Shown here in pieces: positions 1 to 12,859 of a DNA stretch of 64,000 bases. Positions within the stretch are counted from its first letter, which is position 1. Each line of letters begins with the position of its first letter. The stretch spans positions 6,200,001 to 6,264,000 of the forward strand of contig JAQFVV010000004.1 of NCBI GenBank assembly GCA_028023455.1, in the 5' to 3' direction. This DNA comes from Epiperipatus broadwayi (Eukaryota > Animalia > Onychophora). The position numbers and the translations under genes are program-made. The notes beneath the pieces are model-generated. The model made no database searches. It was not told the DNA's origin and saw only the letters and a program-made list of their open reading frames with translations.

Positions 1-364
1 AAAAGTGAATTTTGACTTAGATGACTATATAGTACATGTGGGTACAAGAAAAAATTTTTTCTTTCTGGATTTTAGTAAATTATATTCATTAATAAAAAGA
101 ACGACTTAAAATTCTTTAAAAATATATAAAATATTTTTTTTTTTAAAAAAAAAGCCTTATTAGGCTATAGTTGAATTATTTGGACCTGAGTAAAATAGTA
201 CCAAGTTCAAAGGAATATTTTAATTTAAAATACTTTTTAATATGTTCGATTAATTTTGCATATATAACATCAACTATAGCATAGTACTTTAAAATTCAAT
301 ATAAATTCAATTTCTAGTTAACTACAGTGAAAGATGACAAGCTTCTTTTTTTCCATATGTCAAA

Positions 365-436
365 TGCATTGACTGGGGAGCAAACCCGGGCCAGCTGCTT
401 AGAAGGCAGCTATGCTAACCGCTATGCCACCAACGC
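365..436 (-). pseudogene. tRNA-Gly(TCC)-derived pseudogene/SINE copy with anticodon changed to TCT
   Basis: Reverse complement GCGTTGGTGGCATAGCGGTTAGCATAGCTGCCTTCTAAGCAGCTGGCCCGGGTTTGCTCCCCAGTCAATGCA closely matches metazoan tRNA-Gly(TCC). The B box is damaged (GTTTGCTCC). It is followed by the tail GACATATGG plus an A-rich run, shared with copies at about 6.95 kb and 13.77 kb. Confidence 0.8.
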
Positions 437-1498
437 TTGACAATCTTTTGTCAAATTTATATATATATTATGACAATGTAATTATTTATATGTATATTAA
501 TAAATATGCACATAAAATAGCTAATTTTACTTAAAATATTACATAAAATATATATAAAGTAACACATAATACATTTTATAAAAATAATAACAAGAATAAT
601 ATATTTGAAATGCAAATTTTTACAAAATAACTTTTTTTATTTGTCAGTATGTTGTTAGAAAAATAAACAGTATCTATCTACTCACACACAAATGTATGCA
701 TAGATTAAATTATGCAGACTCAAGTTTGCAAAAAAACATCAAGTGAGAAATTTAGATGGAAATGCCATTTACAGTCTTGTTATATATATATGCAAATATG
801 TGCTAATTAATAATAATTAAATTTTTTTATCCAAAAATGCCAAAGAATATTAAGAAATATTTTATTCAGTACCACTTTATTAAAATAATTTAGTACCACT
901 TCTATCCAACCAAAAAAACATTTTATGACTGAGATAGGGAAAGTATATATTAGTAACAAATATTTATTATGTATAATAAATCTTTTATAAGATTAATTCT
1001 GGTTTCATTATATATTTCTTTTTTTAATCTGTTGATATTTTTTATTTAAAAAATGAATACTGTATATATGCATTCATACATATTATTTCAAATTTACGAT
1101 AACAATTTTCTTAATGATATATTTTAGAATGAAATGCTTGTGTATGTATATCAGAATCTCTAAATTGAAGTTTTAATTTATGATGTAACTCTTAAATTAG
1201 AAATGATAAGATAAATTATATAAAAAATTGGCAAGTAATAGTAAACTATCATATAGTAATCTTGCTTGTAATACCCTATTATCTAGTTAACTCAACCCAT
1301 CTTTAGGAAGAGAATTTAATATATATATTCATAAATAGATTTTGCTTCTGATAAATAATAGTAATTCTTAAACACAAGATAGAAGTATAATAACTACTCT
1401 TTCCTATTGCATTCCCTATTTTCAAACCATATAATACTAAATCAACCATGCACTTTACTACTGTTACACAATGCTTTATTTACCACCCTCTTTTACAG

Positions 1499-1662
1499 TT
1501 TCAATTGCCCCAGCAATCTTCTTCAGAAAAGTTATATCTCCTAATCTTAACTTTTTTTAAAATAAAAGTTGAGATTAGGAGATATAACGTTCTGAAGAAG
1601 ATTGCTGGGGCAATTGAAACTGTAAAAAAAGGTGGAAAATATAGCATTGTAAAAATAGTCAA
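1499..1662 (+). CDS. Candidate exon of a small convergent gene, possibly GST-N/thioredoxin-like fold
   Basis: Acceptor ccaccctcttttacag at 1498. Open frame FQLPQQSSSEKLYLLILTFFKIKVEIRRYNVLKKIAGAIETVKKGGKYSIVKIV, with donor AA|GTGATT at 1663. The phase matches the next candidate exon. The fold assignment is by-eye inference. Confidence 0.45.
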
Positions 1663-1805
1663 GTGATTGGACAATTGAGTATTATATGGTAAACACAATA
1701 TAGAAAAGAGTAATTACAAATATTTTAAGATACCACTATAGATAATTTCCCATCAGGTATTAGAATTTTAATCTAACAAATTTTTAAAACAAAATTTTTT
1801 TTTAG

Positions 1806-1894
1806 TGAAGTTCCAGCAGTGCTTCATAAAAATTGTGGAATGGTAATAGGTTACAAGGAGATCTGTAAAAATATATACACCTGTGTGTATGTAG
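1806..1894 (+). CDS. Candidate exon (EVPAVLHKNCGMVIGYKEICKNIYTCVYV) of the same small gene
   Basis: Acceptor ttttttttag at 1805; phase 2 continues the previous exon in frame. The donor is ambiguous (after 1842, 1886 or 1894). The VPxxL motif resembles the GST-N cis-Pro loop (inference). Confidence 0.4.
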
Positions 1895-2061
1895 GTAAAT
1901 TTTATATAGATATGAATGTGTGTGTATATATATACACACACACACACATTAAAATTTTTATAAGATATTCCATAGTCCAGCATCATAGGGGTAAAGTATA
2001 TTTATTACATGTCATAATGTATTTAAACAAAGAAGATTGATTTCATTGTTTTTATTTTTAG

Positions 2062-2196
2062 AGAAAATTAGGAATGTTAAATGATTTGTGTGAGGATGTT
2101 ACTCAAACTAATAATGTTACTATTTCTGACATAATTAAGTATGCTTTTGTCAATTGGATGTTAATATTTCTTAAGAATGATGAAGGACATTTGTGA
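2062..2196 (+). CDS. Candidate terminal exon, GST-C-like
   Basis: Acceptor tttttatttttag at 2061. Phase-0 frame RKLGMLNDLCEDVTQTNNVTISDIIKYAFVNWMLIFLKNDEGHL* ends in TGA at 2194-2196, with AATAAA about 13 nt later. The LN..ED.....N.T..DI..Y pattern resembles GST-C helices of EEF1E1/AIMP-type proteins (recalled, not searched). Confidence 0.45.
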   Translation, partial: RKLGMLNDLCEDVTQTNNVTISDIIKYAFVNWMLIFLKNDEGHL

Positions 2197-3768
2197 ACAA
2201 ATTTGGTAAATAAAATTCGCAATTTTTTTTTTTTTATAACATATTAATACTGGACTTACTGTACCTTATGCACACAGAAACATCTAGAGATGTATATTGG
2301 TATATATTTTAAAAAAAACCAAATATACAAACACAAACATTAATAGTGTAAAAAATAATTGTTCCCAGTGAGAAATAAAAATGGAATTTTAAGGATGTTC
2401 TTGTTGAGTGTTTTTTTGCATATAAATTATATTGCTTTCATTTCACACTTACTTAAAAAAAAAAATCAAGCCGAGATTTCTTCAAGCAGCTCCATCATGT
2501 GTATCTAAATATTTAAAATTAACTTATTTATTTTGTAAAATGTACAGTATGAAAAACGATTTATTAATAATCTTTGTAATCAACAAGCTGAGATAAGAAT
2601 TGTGGAGAAATTGTAGCGGATATGCTCTAGCAAAAACTGTGTATTAAAAGCCAAAGCTCTAGGCTTTTCACAATATAACATTGAAATGGAAATTCAGATT
2701 TTTTTTTTTCTTAAATTCGAAACTAGGCACTTTAACATGGGTAGCCAAGTGATGAAATGCAGCATATAAAAGAGAAAATACAAAATTAGAGATTTAATAA
2801 ACCAGAAGCATATTAGGAACTCAAGCAATTCCTATTAGTGGTAGTAAAAAGAGGACAGTGTAATGAAAAGATTTTACTGATATTTTATAGGTGCTTGAAA
2901 ATACTACATTAAACAACGCTCAAACAAGAACTTTAGTTAAGGGTGAGCACATTTTGGGATAGTGAGGGAATTTTGTAAAAATGCTTGAATTTTGGAATAA
3001 ACAATTCCTTCCCAAAAATAAGCCTATACAACCCGTGTAAAGGCGGCTTTTTTTTTTTTTTTGAGCATTAAATTGAATAATAATTAAAAGATATTTGCAT
3101 CTGGTTGCTCATTTGTTTTTTTGCATTAATAAAAACACTGAAATGTCTTATGAAAAAAAAAATTGGAAAAGTGTAACAATAAGTATAAATTTACAAAGTA
3201 ATCTTTGGTATCACAATAGATTTGGCAAAAGAGATCATAACAATTGTACGATCCCTCTTGAAGTAAAATATGATAATTCTTGAAATAAACGAATGAACAA
3301 CAACAATAAAAAAAATCGACCATGATGATTTGCTTTCTTTTTAAAGTTTTTAGCTAGCTTTTATGACTTTTTTTAAGTTAAAAAAAATGTTAGAGATTAA
3401 AACATGAAGATGCAGGAGAGATGAGTGCTTTTGAGACTTAATATTTATAAGATGTAATAGTATGACCTTATTTATAAGAGGATTTATAATTTATTTAAAT
3501 ATTGCAAAACCTAAGTTAGAGGTTTTGTTAATGGTAATATTAAATGTTTTTCTTAGTATTTTGAGGAATTGTTGACGGTGTCTGGAATGATAATCTGCTT
3601 CTACAAGAACAGATTTCACTAGAGATAATCAAATCGTCTGTTTTTTAACACATTCACTTTCACATTTAGGGTGCAGCTATCTGGCACAGATCCATTGTCC
3701 AACTTGATCTGAGTAGAATCTGCTACAACATTATGGTTCATGATTGCTTGAAGCAGTAGCTTCACTTA

Positions 3769-3959
3769 TCACTTCCAGACTTTAAGTCTCTTTAATGACA
3801 TCTTTTTAAGTTTGCTCGACATTTTTGAGGATTTAGCATCTTCGTCAGAAAGCATGTCTCCATCACTGTGGACCAATCTTGAGCCCAGCTCATCAGATTC
3901 CTCCACGGTTTCTACAATTTTTTCACTGTCATCAGTTAATTTGTTGCGAATTGGCTGAT
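3769..3959 (-). CDS. PLCE1: Terminal coding exon of PLC-epsilon-like gene
   Basis: Acceptor tttattttattttag. Frame (D)QPIRNKLTDDSEKIVETVEESDELGSRLVHSDGDMLSDEDAKSSKMSSKLKKMSLKRLKVWK*, ending TGA TAA. It has coding-like composition and lies on the same strand, downstream of the RA2 exons. A second in-frame acceptor CAG|CCA lies 5 nt downstream. Confidence 0.72.
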
Positions 3960-5616
3960 CTAAAATAAAATAAATAATATTTCAATTAATTATTAATATA
4001 TTTAGCTAACAGTAATTTTTAAAGATTAGTGTATATTTAAATATCAGTGACATGCACAGTATATTCAAAAATTAAATGAAATTAATTAATAATAATAAAA
4101 TTTAAAAAAATTAAATTTTGTATTTTCTAGCATTTTTTTTCCCCAAAGTCAATGAGCACATTAAGCCAAACCTTGAACGGTCTTTAAAAAGAAAAATGTT
4201 TTTAATTTTTATAACTGATTATCAGAATTGTAATTTATTTTAGCAATTTATCAGCTGTGAAACAATTTGACAATAGAAAAAAAAGTGGATATAGGTTTTA
4301 CAATAATTTTATGTGGTATTTTAATTATATTTTATGAATGTTTTGAGTATTTTATTATTAATGATTTGATTTAGATTAATATTTATTGTCTTTTCATTAC
4401 TGTAATCAAACATAAATTTTTACAACTATTGATATTTTATGATAGTGTTCAAACTAAATCAATTTTAAGCAAGCCTTGAGTTTCAAATTTAGATATAGTC
4501 TGAAAATTCGTTCATGTGTTGTTGTTGTTTTTTTTTTTTTGAAGACCCAGTTTCTTCAAAATATTTAGCAAAATCCATAAGCTGAAGTTATGATATATTT
4601 GTTGCTTATAAATTTTACATTTTCATTTTTTAAAAGGTTTTATTGCAACTTTTCTTAATGTAATCTCATTGTATGTTTTAATGATTAACAAATGATTTAA
4701 TTAAGTTGGCAAAAGTAGTTTTCAATTTCTTAAATCATTTTAAAATTAGCTGTCCTTCCTGTGATCACAATTTTTGTTTTATTTCAGCCATCAAATTTCT
4801 TCTATTATCAGTTATGACTCTGAAGCATTAGTATTATGTTATGAAAAATATAAAATTTACAAAAAACATGCCGTAATCATAAAAATGAAATTAGTTTCTT
4901 TCTCCAGTAGTCATAATTATTTACTTTCAAACTCAATCAGTTTACTTTGTTAAAAACAAATATAATTTTAAATATTTTCGTGATAAATGTTAATTTTTAA
5001 AACAATAAACACTTTCTTGTTAATACTGATTGACAAGTCCAGAGAACACATTAATGTCCATGTGATGTACAATAGTCTTGATTTATATCCATCTTATTGT
5101 AAATTTACAATTAATTTAAGCAATGTTGCAAAATGTTCACCCATTTATTTATTTTTTAAATTTTGAAATCAAGTATTTTTTTGAATGTGTGATTAGTTTA
5201 AATTATAAATGCAAATTTATGTTAAGTTTTTACTGATTTTGTTTTAATAGCTTTCCATGTTTATATTCTTGCAAATAGTGTTACCTCTTAAAAGCATTGT
5301 TTTATATTTAACATATAACAGCTCCCCTCATTATATGTTTACATGAATATTAAAGCCCTGTACAGTTTGGTGCAGTGGTAGAGAGGCAAACTTAGAACAA
5401 AAAGGATCCTGAATTGATTCTCAGGGTGCCACCAGGGTTCTTTCAATTATCATATGATTATCATACAATTCCTTACTTATGAATGTTCTTGCAATTTCGT
5501 TCAGATAATTGCATTTACTGATTATAGATTTTTACAAAACATTTTTTTAGGTTGCTAATCTTTTTGTCTCATCCAATAATATGAAACAAAACTTTTATCA
5601 ATATGCTACTGCTCAC

Positions 5617-5641
5617 CCTAACATTTTTCTCCTGCATGTCA
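5617..5641 (-). CDS. PLCE1: Candidate 25-nt microexon (DMQEKNVR)
   Basis: ccttttctctttctatgtatatcag|TGACATGCAGGAGAAAAATGTTAGG|gtgagc. Open only if entered in phase 2, which is what the 16-nt microexon provides. Confidence 0.4.
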
Positions 5642-5991
5642 CTGATATACATAGAAAGAGAAAAGGGGGTTACAAATTAACAATTTAAATTTATAAAGTT
5701 TTCTTGATGTTGAATCTTCAGAAGAAATTTTTTTTAGTAGAGATTAAAGTTATAATTGTTCACTTTTTTTTTTGAAAATATATAATTACAAGTAGTTGAA
5801 AATTTTACATACAAACAGGGATCATTACATATTACTAAAAAACAGAGACAATTTAGATAGGTAATTTTTATTTCACAGAAGATATGACAACATTATTACA
5901 CTAGTAATTGGCTGTCCGTTTATAAATAAAACAACAGGTTTACCTCTAATCACAACTGCATGCCCATTCCATCAAAAGAATTTTGACTTAC

Positions 5992-6007
5992 CCATTGTTT
6001 AAATCAC
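5992..6007 (-). CDS. PLCE1: Candidate 16-nt microexon (GDLNNG)
   Basis: tttttttttcctccatccag|GTGATTTAAACAATGG|gtaagt gives near-consensus splice sites on both sides. Open only if entered in phase 1. Confidence 0.5.
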
Positions 6008-6951
6008 CTGGATGGAGGAAAAAAAAATATGGATTGATATCAATAAAATTTCCAGATAAAATTTCATTCTTAATATCACTAATTATAATTTATAAATTGA
6101 CTGACTCAAAATTAAAGGAAATATTTAAGAAACTTTGGATAAGGTTAAGTTTATAAGTTGCTTTTATTGTGTTTTTTTTTATTTTATGAAGTAATCTTAT
6201 TTTCACTTTAACACAGAAAAATTTACACATTTTTTTTTGTAATATTATTGTAAAATTTTGCTATGGCTTAAGGCTTTACTATATCTCTTTGATAATAACT
6301 AAATAAAGAACCAAAGAGAGATGTCTTTTCAAGCCTGTCTGTCATACAGCTCTGCTTTTGGCTACACATGTTAGCTATATTGATAACTGCACAATTTTTA
6401 TGATATTTTACACAAGAACAGAAATCTTATACAATCTCAGATCATTATGAACTATCATCTGCTGCAGTTCAGAAAAAGTTTCTGAAGGAATTTATGGACC
6501 GCCATTAAAACTCTAAATAAACAAACTTGAGATATATCTGTATATATTTTTATAAAATATGTAATTCCAATTATTATTTTTCTAGAATTATTTTTAATTT
6601 CTGTTTCTTGTTTGACACTTTTTTTTCTACAGCATTATCCTTTTTTTTTGAGACATACACAAATTCAGTTTATTATTATGTGAATTATAGGATAGGAGGA
6701 ATCAGAGAATGAAAGCCCTGCATGTTTTAGCATAGTCGGAAGAACATCTGACCTAGGATGGGAAGATCCCAAGACTGATTTTGGTATTTGCAGGTCTGAT
6801 GCTCGAACTTCTTATGAACTCCTATGCAATAAAGCCATATGTCTTTTTATTTTTTTAAGAGAATGGGCGAGACGACTAGAGGAGTTTCCTCATTCAAACA
6901 AAGAAAAACAAAATTTATTTAAAAATAAATATAAAGACTATTTGCAATCTA

Positions 6952-7060
6952 TTTTTTTTTCATATGTCGTAGCATCTGCCAGGAGGCGAACCCGCAACAA
7001 CCATCTGCAAACAACTGCTTGCTTGCTTGGTGGCTGCACTGACCTCTCGGCTAACAACGC
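6952..7060 (-). mobile_element. tRNA-Gly-derived short repeat (SINE-like), copy 2
   Basis: Reverse complement starts GCGTTGTTAGCCGAGAGGTCAG and has GGGTTCGCCTCC (B box), an anticodon region expanded by AAGC repeats, and the tail GCTACGACATATG plus poly(A). Confidence 0.65.
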
Positions 7061-8036
7061 TTGACTGTAGTCTATTTTTATTGTATATTTATTAATACAT
7101 AGAATCATCAGTCTTCATAATTAATAGATTCCAAAATCTAGCAAGCAAAAATATAATTAATACAGACCATATTTTTATTGGAATGTTATTAACATTGACA
7201 AAATTTAATTAATGTCATACACAACTCTATAAAATTATAGTATTATAAATTTCCAATAACGTTCTGTGTGACATTATGCAATGGTAAAATGGCAGACTTT
7301 GGAACATCAGGTCCTTGGATCAATTCCAGTTCTAGCACTTCTGGTGTTCAAACTATTTATGAACTCCCAGACAATAAAGTCATTCAATTACTTTATTTAA
7401 TATACAAATGTAAGAGTATGCGCATTAATATTTTACTCTAGTGTAATATCAAATAAAAATCTTTAAAGAGCCATTGCAGGAAAAAGATCATAATTCATAA
7501 AGGAATGATGAAGGGGAAGACATGCATGTATGGATATAATGGCAGAATTGATTATTAGAACTAATATCCTGAATCTATGTCCTAATTGAAATCTCTGTAA
7601 ATCCCTAAGTCATATTTTGTTAAAAAGTTATCTTATGTGCTAAATAGATTAATAATAAGTTGTTCATAATGCTTGTCATTTTCACAGTGGTGAGTGATTG
7701 AGAAATTTTCCATTTTTGTTTTATTCATTAGTTAAGAATATAGCGAAACATTAATTTACCAAATAATACTGAATTCAAACTATCTACGCAAAAAAAAAAA
7801 AGCCACCAATCAATTTGTTTAAAATTATTATAAAAATCATTTGAAATCTTAATTTTAATAAATATTTATTAATACAGATGATAATTACCCTTCATAATTG
7901 ATAGGTTTCAGAAAAATAGTATAAAGATTGAATTGGCTACAGGCCAAGTACCTGAAAAAAAAATTCTAAGTTTCGTTAGAATCTAAAAACGTTTTCTCAT
8001 GTTTTATATTGTCAATTTAAATCCAGATCATAAGAA

Positions 8037-8308
8037 TGTAATTGTAAATTAGCGATCAGGCTAATGCACATGCGCTTTACAGATTTTAAACTATACACAA
8101 ATGAATACTCGCATTCTCAAACACAAGAGAAAGTCTTTATGAAAAGATAGAATGAATCCATCTATCTTTTCAACTCAAATGTTTAAGTATGGGCCAATCT
8201 TTTCATAAAGATTTTATCTTGTGTCTGAGAATGCGAGTATTCATTTACGTATAGTTTAAAGTCTGTAAAGCACATGTGCATTAGCCTGATTGCTAATTTA
8301 CAATTGCA
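8037..8308. repeat. Fold-back (long inverted repeat) element
   Basis: Arms of about 110 bp, e.g. aattgtaaattagcgatcaggctaatgcacatgcgctttacag versus ctgtaaagcacatgtgcattagcctgattgctaatttacaatt, with a short spacer. Confidence 0.85.
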
Positions 8309-9339
8309 ATTTATTAACATAATCGCTATATAAATAAATACCTTACTATCATAAAAATGGGAAGTGGATGTTCCACCACCACACCACAAAGCCTTCATTA
8401 ATATAGATATATTTATTTATAAATAAAGTTATACAAACACAATGAAAACAAATTGTCAATAAAAAAACACAAAGATATTTATTTTCTCTTTTTGCATTTT
8501 GTTTACAAACAAGAAGACTATTTATTAAATGTAATTTTTGTCTTATCAAATGTAAAAATAAAGTAATTTTTTTTTTTAGTAAAATAGAGAATAACTTCTT
8601 TTATTTAATTTCTGAATAAGTGGTGATAAAAATTTGGAAATACTATTCAGAATTGGTATACATCCGTGAACAAATTTTCAGGCTCATATTAAAACCAAAA
8701 CATTTTATTTGAGAATGTAATTGCCTCAGTAACAAAAAGTTTGTTCTATCTAGTTAAATTTATATTATGTTTTTTATGTAATTTTTTCCAATTTTAAATA
8801 TAGATGTTTGCTTTTTATTCGCAGCCTCAAGTACAACATTATATTTTCAAATGTCAAGTATTATTACAGTATTATATTTTCAAATGTCAAGTATTATTTA
8901 CATTTCATTTGACTCTAATAATAATAATAATGTATGGAAATTCTTAATTTAATAATATTTGATTCAAATGGGCATTTTGAAATTTTTATTCTGCGAGCTT
9001 GTGATCTGTGAAACTTTATACATAGTGAAACTTATACTCATGAAGATAATACGATAAATAAACATCAAAACATTAATTTGAAATAAATTTTGATGTAAGT
9101 ATTACAAATATCACTATGTCTTAAATATATATAATATTTTCAAAACTATTCTATGTATGTTTTTAGCACACTAATAATTTATTATTTAGATAAAATTAAG
9201 ATTAGAAAAATATTAAAGTATTTTCTATACTAGTTCCAATTATAGAAATAGTAATAAGAACACATAATTACAATAGACATATCCAAGATAAGAAATAAAA
9301 GGTAAACTTATAATAATATTTCTTTTAACGTGTAATATT

Positions 9340-10900
9340 CAGCAGAGATTTTAAAGGATCAATTTTTTCTTCTTGGAGACTTTAATGCGTATGCTGGTAA
9401 AATAGTAGTAAATTTGGGCCAAAAGTTGTTGGAGTATATTCAAATAGTCTAACGTTATTGAAATTTTACATAACATGTATGGATTGACTATTACAAATAC
9501 TTTGTTGAGACAGAAAAATTGCTATAGAGAAAATAGCTGCATTCAATAATCAAAACAATGACATTTAATACATTATCTTTATAAGTTGAAATCAGGATAT
9601 GAGAAGTTCATGTTATGCAAGCACTGAATCATAGATTAGTATATTCCAAGATTAAAAAGATGTTTGCATTAAAAAAATAAATCTCATTTTAATCATATTT
9701 ACGAAAAAATTGATGCCATTCTTTAGAAGTATCTGTTCTATGTACTAATTTCAATAGTATTAATACTAAAATTGTTAATTTGTATCTTCAGTATTGTCAT
9801 ATTATTGAGGCGAGGGAATTTTCTAAAGAATTATCTATGGATACAACATGAATTGATTCTTGGGTCCATTAAAAAGAAGAATCATGACTGCTTTTATGAT
9901 AATATGGCATGTTAACAAACAAACGCAAAACTCTCCATACAGTAGTGCCACCCTGTGCTAACCAGAGTAATCAATCAATGGATGCCAGAAGGCTTGTGCA
10001 TAAAATCCCTATTATGTGCTGGTATGAGATGGTGATCATGTGATGTTTAATATGGCATGTTGTGAGAATAATAAATTAAATGTGGAACTTCACAATAAAT
10101 GTAGAGATTGAAAAGTAGAAATTCAACAACTGACCATAAACTTTAAAAAAATTAGTGAATTAAAACTGCAAAGGAAATAAAGACATTTGCTGATTAAGAA
10201 CACTCCAGATCTTTTTTTTATGCAGTGAAAACAACATATGAACCTGAGAAACAATATTACAAATTTATAAAATCCACTAGCAGACCCTTTACATGATAAT
10301 GATGATGATTTGAATAAGTGGACAAAGTATTGAGATCATGACTTAATTCATTTTTATCTTGTTATTTGGATTTGGATATCCAGCTTAGTGAAATCAAAAC
10401 AGCTCTTTGTAGTTTGAAGAAATATCTGGAAAAAGTTTTAAAATATGGTAGTCATATGTTAGCCTCAAAAATATTGGAATTTTTTTAGGAATATATAGAC
10501 CTGTGAAGTTGTGCAATATCATCTTAAGAATGCTGCTACTGTTCCAAGTTTTAAAAATAAAGGGAAAAGACAAAATTGCAGTAATTATTATAATTATTGA
10601 TTACAGTAAAGGTAGTTTACAGAATTTGTTGAATAAGTTACTTTCAGTAATAGATGATTGGTTACTAGAGATATAGTTTTTGTTACCAGACAAATGCAAA
10701 AAGTGTCAGGAACACAATAATAATTAATATATTGCTTTTGAGTTGATCAAGGCACATGATTCAATTAAGCAAACGAGTTTATGACTTTTGAAATTAGTTG
10801 ATTAGCCACTAAAGTTTAAACATATATCTAGTTTCTATATGATAGTTTTGAAAGGAAATATTACTAGATAAAAAACTTGAAGCATTTGAAATGAAAATTA
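9340..10900 (+). mobile_element. Highly decayed RTE-like LINE (endonuclease to RT)
   Basis: Remnant motifs LLGDFNAYAGK (about 9370), LTITNT, HRLVYSKIK, NKGKRQNCSNY (about 10560) and AFELIKAHDSI (about 10735). Many stops and frameshifts; interrupted at about 9915-10010 by another repeat. Confidence 0.6.
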
Positions 10901-11417
10901 GTACTCTAACATGGAAAGTTTAGAATAAAGGGAAAGTAAGAAGTGTATTTTGAATTATTCTAAATCTAAAAAACCAGCTCATCTAGAGGTGTGGAAATCA
11001 AGAGTTTGTGACATTAATGGTACTGAAGCACTTTAAGTGTAGATGTTTGATTTCTAATGGCAGTTTCAAATACATTATTATATTTTCAAATGGCAAGTAG
11101 TATTTACATTTCATTTGCCTCTGATAATAATAATAATTGTATAGAAGTTGTTTTTTTTTTCCTATTTAAAAAAAAACCAACAACTTATGTCTAAATCACT
11201 TGTCATGAAATTTACAACAGTTTTTAAAAAGAGAAAAGAAAAAAATGAATCAATAGGTATATTTTCATATATTTTTAGATAATATACGGCAATACAAATG
11301 TTTACTCACTTGAAATATGAAAACTTTTTGCTAAATGTATAAAGTAAAAGATCACTCTAGAATTTTTACATTAACGAATAGTTATAATGGAAGTCAAAAA
11401 ATACGAAATATACACAT

Positions 11418-11615
11418 TTAATGAATAATATTTCTGTGGTATAATCATAAACCTATGATCACTAACATGTGAAAAAGATATCTTTTTCACATGTTTTTGA
11501 TCATACATTTATAACTACACCCCTTTACAAGATATTAAAAGCAGATAGAAACCAGTCCCTACCTTGTGTGAGAGTGCTATAGTAAAAATTACACACCAGA
11601 AATATTATTCATTAA
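11418..11615. repeat. Nested fold-back element with a perfect 32-bp inner palindrome
   Basis: Outer inverted repeat ttaatgaataatatttctg / cagaaatattattcattaa. Inner palindrome aacatgtgaaaaagatatctttttcacatgtt at 11464-11495. Confidence 0.75.
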
Positions 11616-12859
11616 GTGAATCTCTAATCCAATGAATGTCTAATAAAAATTAAGAATATATGAATGTATATGTATTGCATATTAAAATTGTATAAATATA
11701 TTATTTTTAATATTTTAAAGACATGAGAGATTTAGAATAAAAAGAAAAAAAAAAGAAATTGTTGAATTATTCTAAATCTAAAAAAATAGCTCAGCTAAAG
11801 AGATTTGGAATCTAAGATTGTGATATTAATGAAATTGCAGATGATAATGCTAAAGAAAAAAAACAATAAATACTTAAAAATTAATAAGCTTAAATAACTT
11901 AAGTACTATTTTTATTGTTTTAACGTTGAATTTTTTTTTCTATTTAAAAACAAACAAACAACAACTTATCTCTAAACCAACTGAAATGGAATTTGCAACA
12001 GTTTTTAAAAACAAATGTTTTTTTTTTAAAAAAAAGGGTCAATAATAGGTAAATAATATTGCAGCTGTATCATTCAATAGCTTTTCTCTTTTATTGTATA
12101 CATAAATTATTATAGTGGGTAACATTTTATTACTTAAATAAATATTTATCTGCATGTTTAATGTCTATTTGATGAATGAAATTAAACAGCTATGTAGAAA
12201 ATAAAAATTTAAATAAATAGTATTGATTAAGTAACCAATTCTTTTTATTGGTATATCAAAATATTTTATTTAATTAGAAATAGAATGAAAAAAAAAATTT
12301 AAAAAGTGAATGTTTAAATGAAATATGTGAATTAAAAGACATTATTTCACTACACTGACTTTCTTAACCAATTACTGCATAATTAACAATTTTAAGTATC
12401 AAACAGATTGCAATACAATATGCTTTCAGGCATTTAGTTAATTATTATATATTTTTACAAAGAAAATGCTAAGAATAATCATTATACTTCCCAACCAATG
12501 ATATTTGACTTACCATCAAAATAATCCATAGGTTTGGATTTATGTTTTGAAGATTTGGACATTCGCACTCTTCCAAACCGACCAAATGCAGTACTTTTTG
12601 ATAATGGACCTTTCTTTTTATCTACTGTTTCCTATTTGGAATAAAATTAAATTTGTAAGGCAATATAATATTTTTAAACTGAATAAGGCATTACATTTTA
12701 CATACAAACATACTCATATAGAAATGTTTATTTCTCTTAAATTATAATAAATAAATAAAAAAATCATATATGATAGCTATACAAATATATGTATATATTA
12801 ATAATAATTATACATAGAAAGTCTTTTTTGGCACATAGTTTTGTGCCTGTTTCAAATGT

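Noticed and set aside
365-436. Functional tRNA-Arg(TCT) gene
   Set aside because: The body is Gly(TCC)-type, the B box/T-loop is mutated, the T stem is imperfect, and it shares a poly(A) tail with other repeat copies.
715-790. RLKFAKKHQ Tc1-like peptide or extra 25-nt exon
   Set aside because: It is too short, and no further transposase motifs, TIRs or phase support were found.
8183-8398. 71-aa ORF
   Set aside because: It lies across a non-coding fold-back arm and is a chance ORF.
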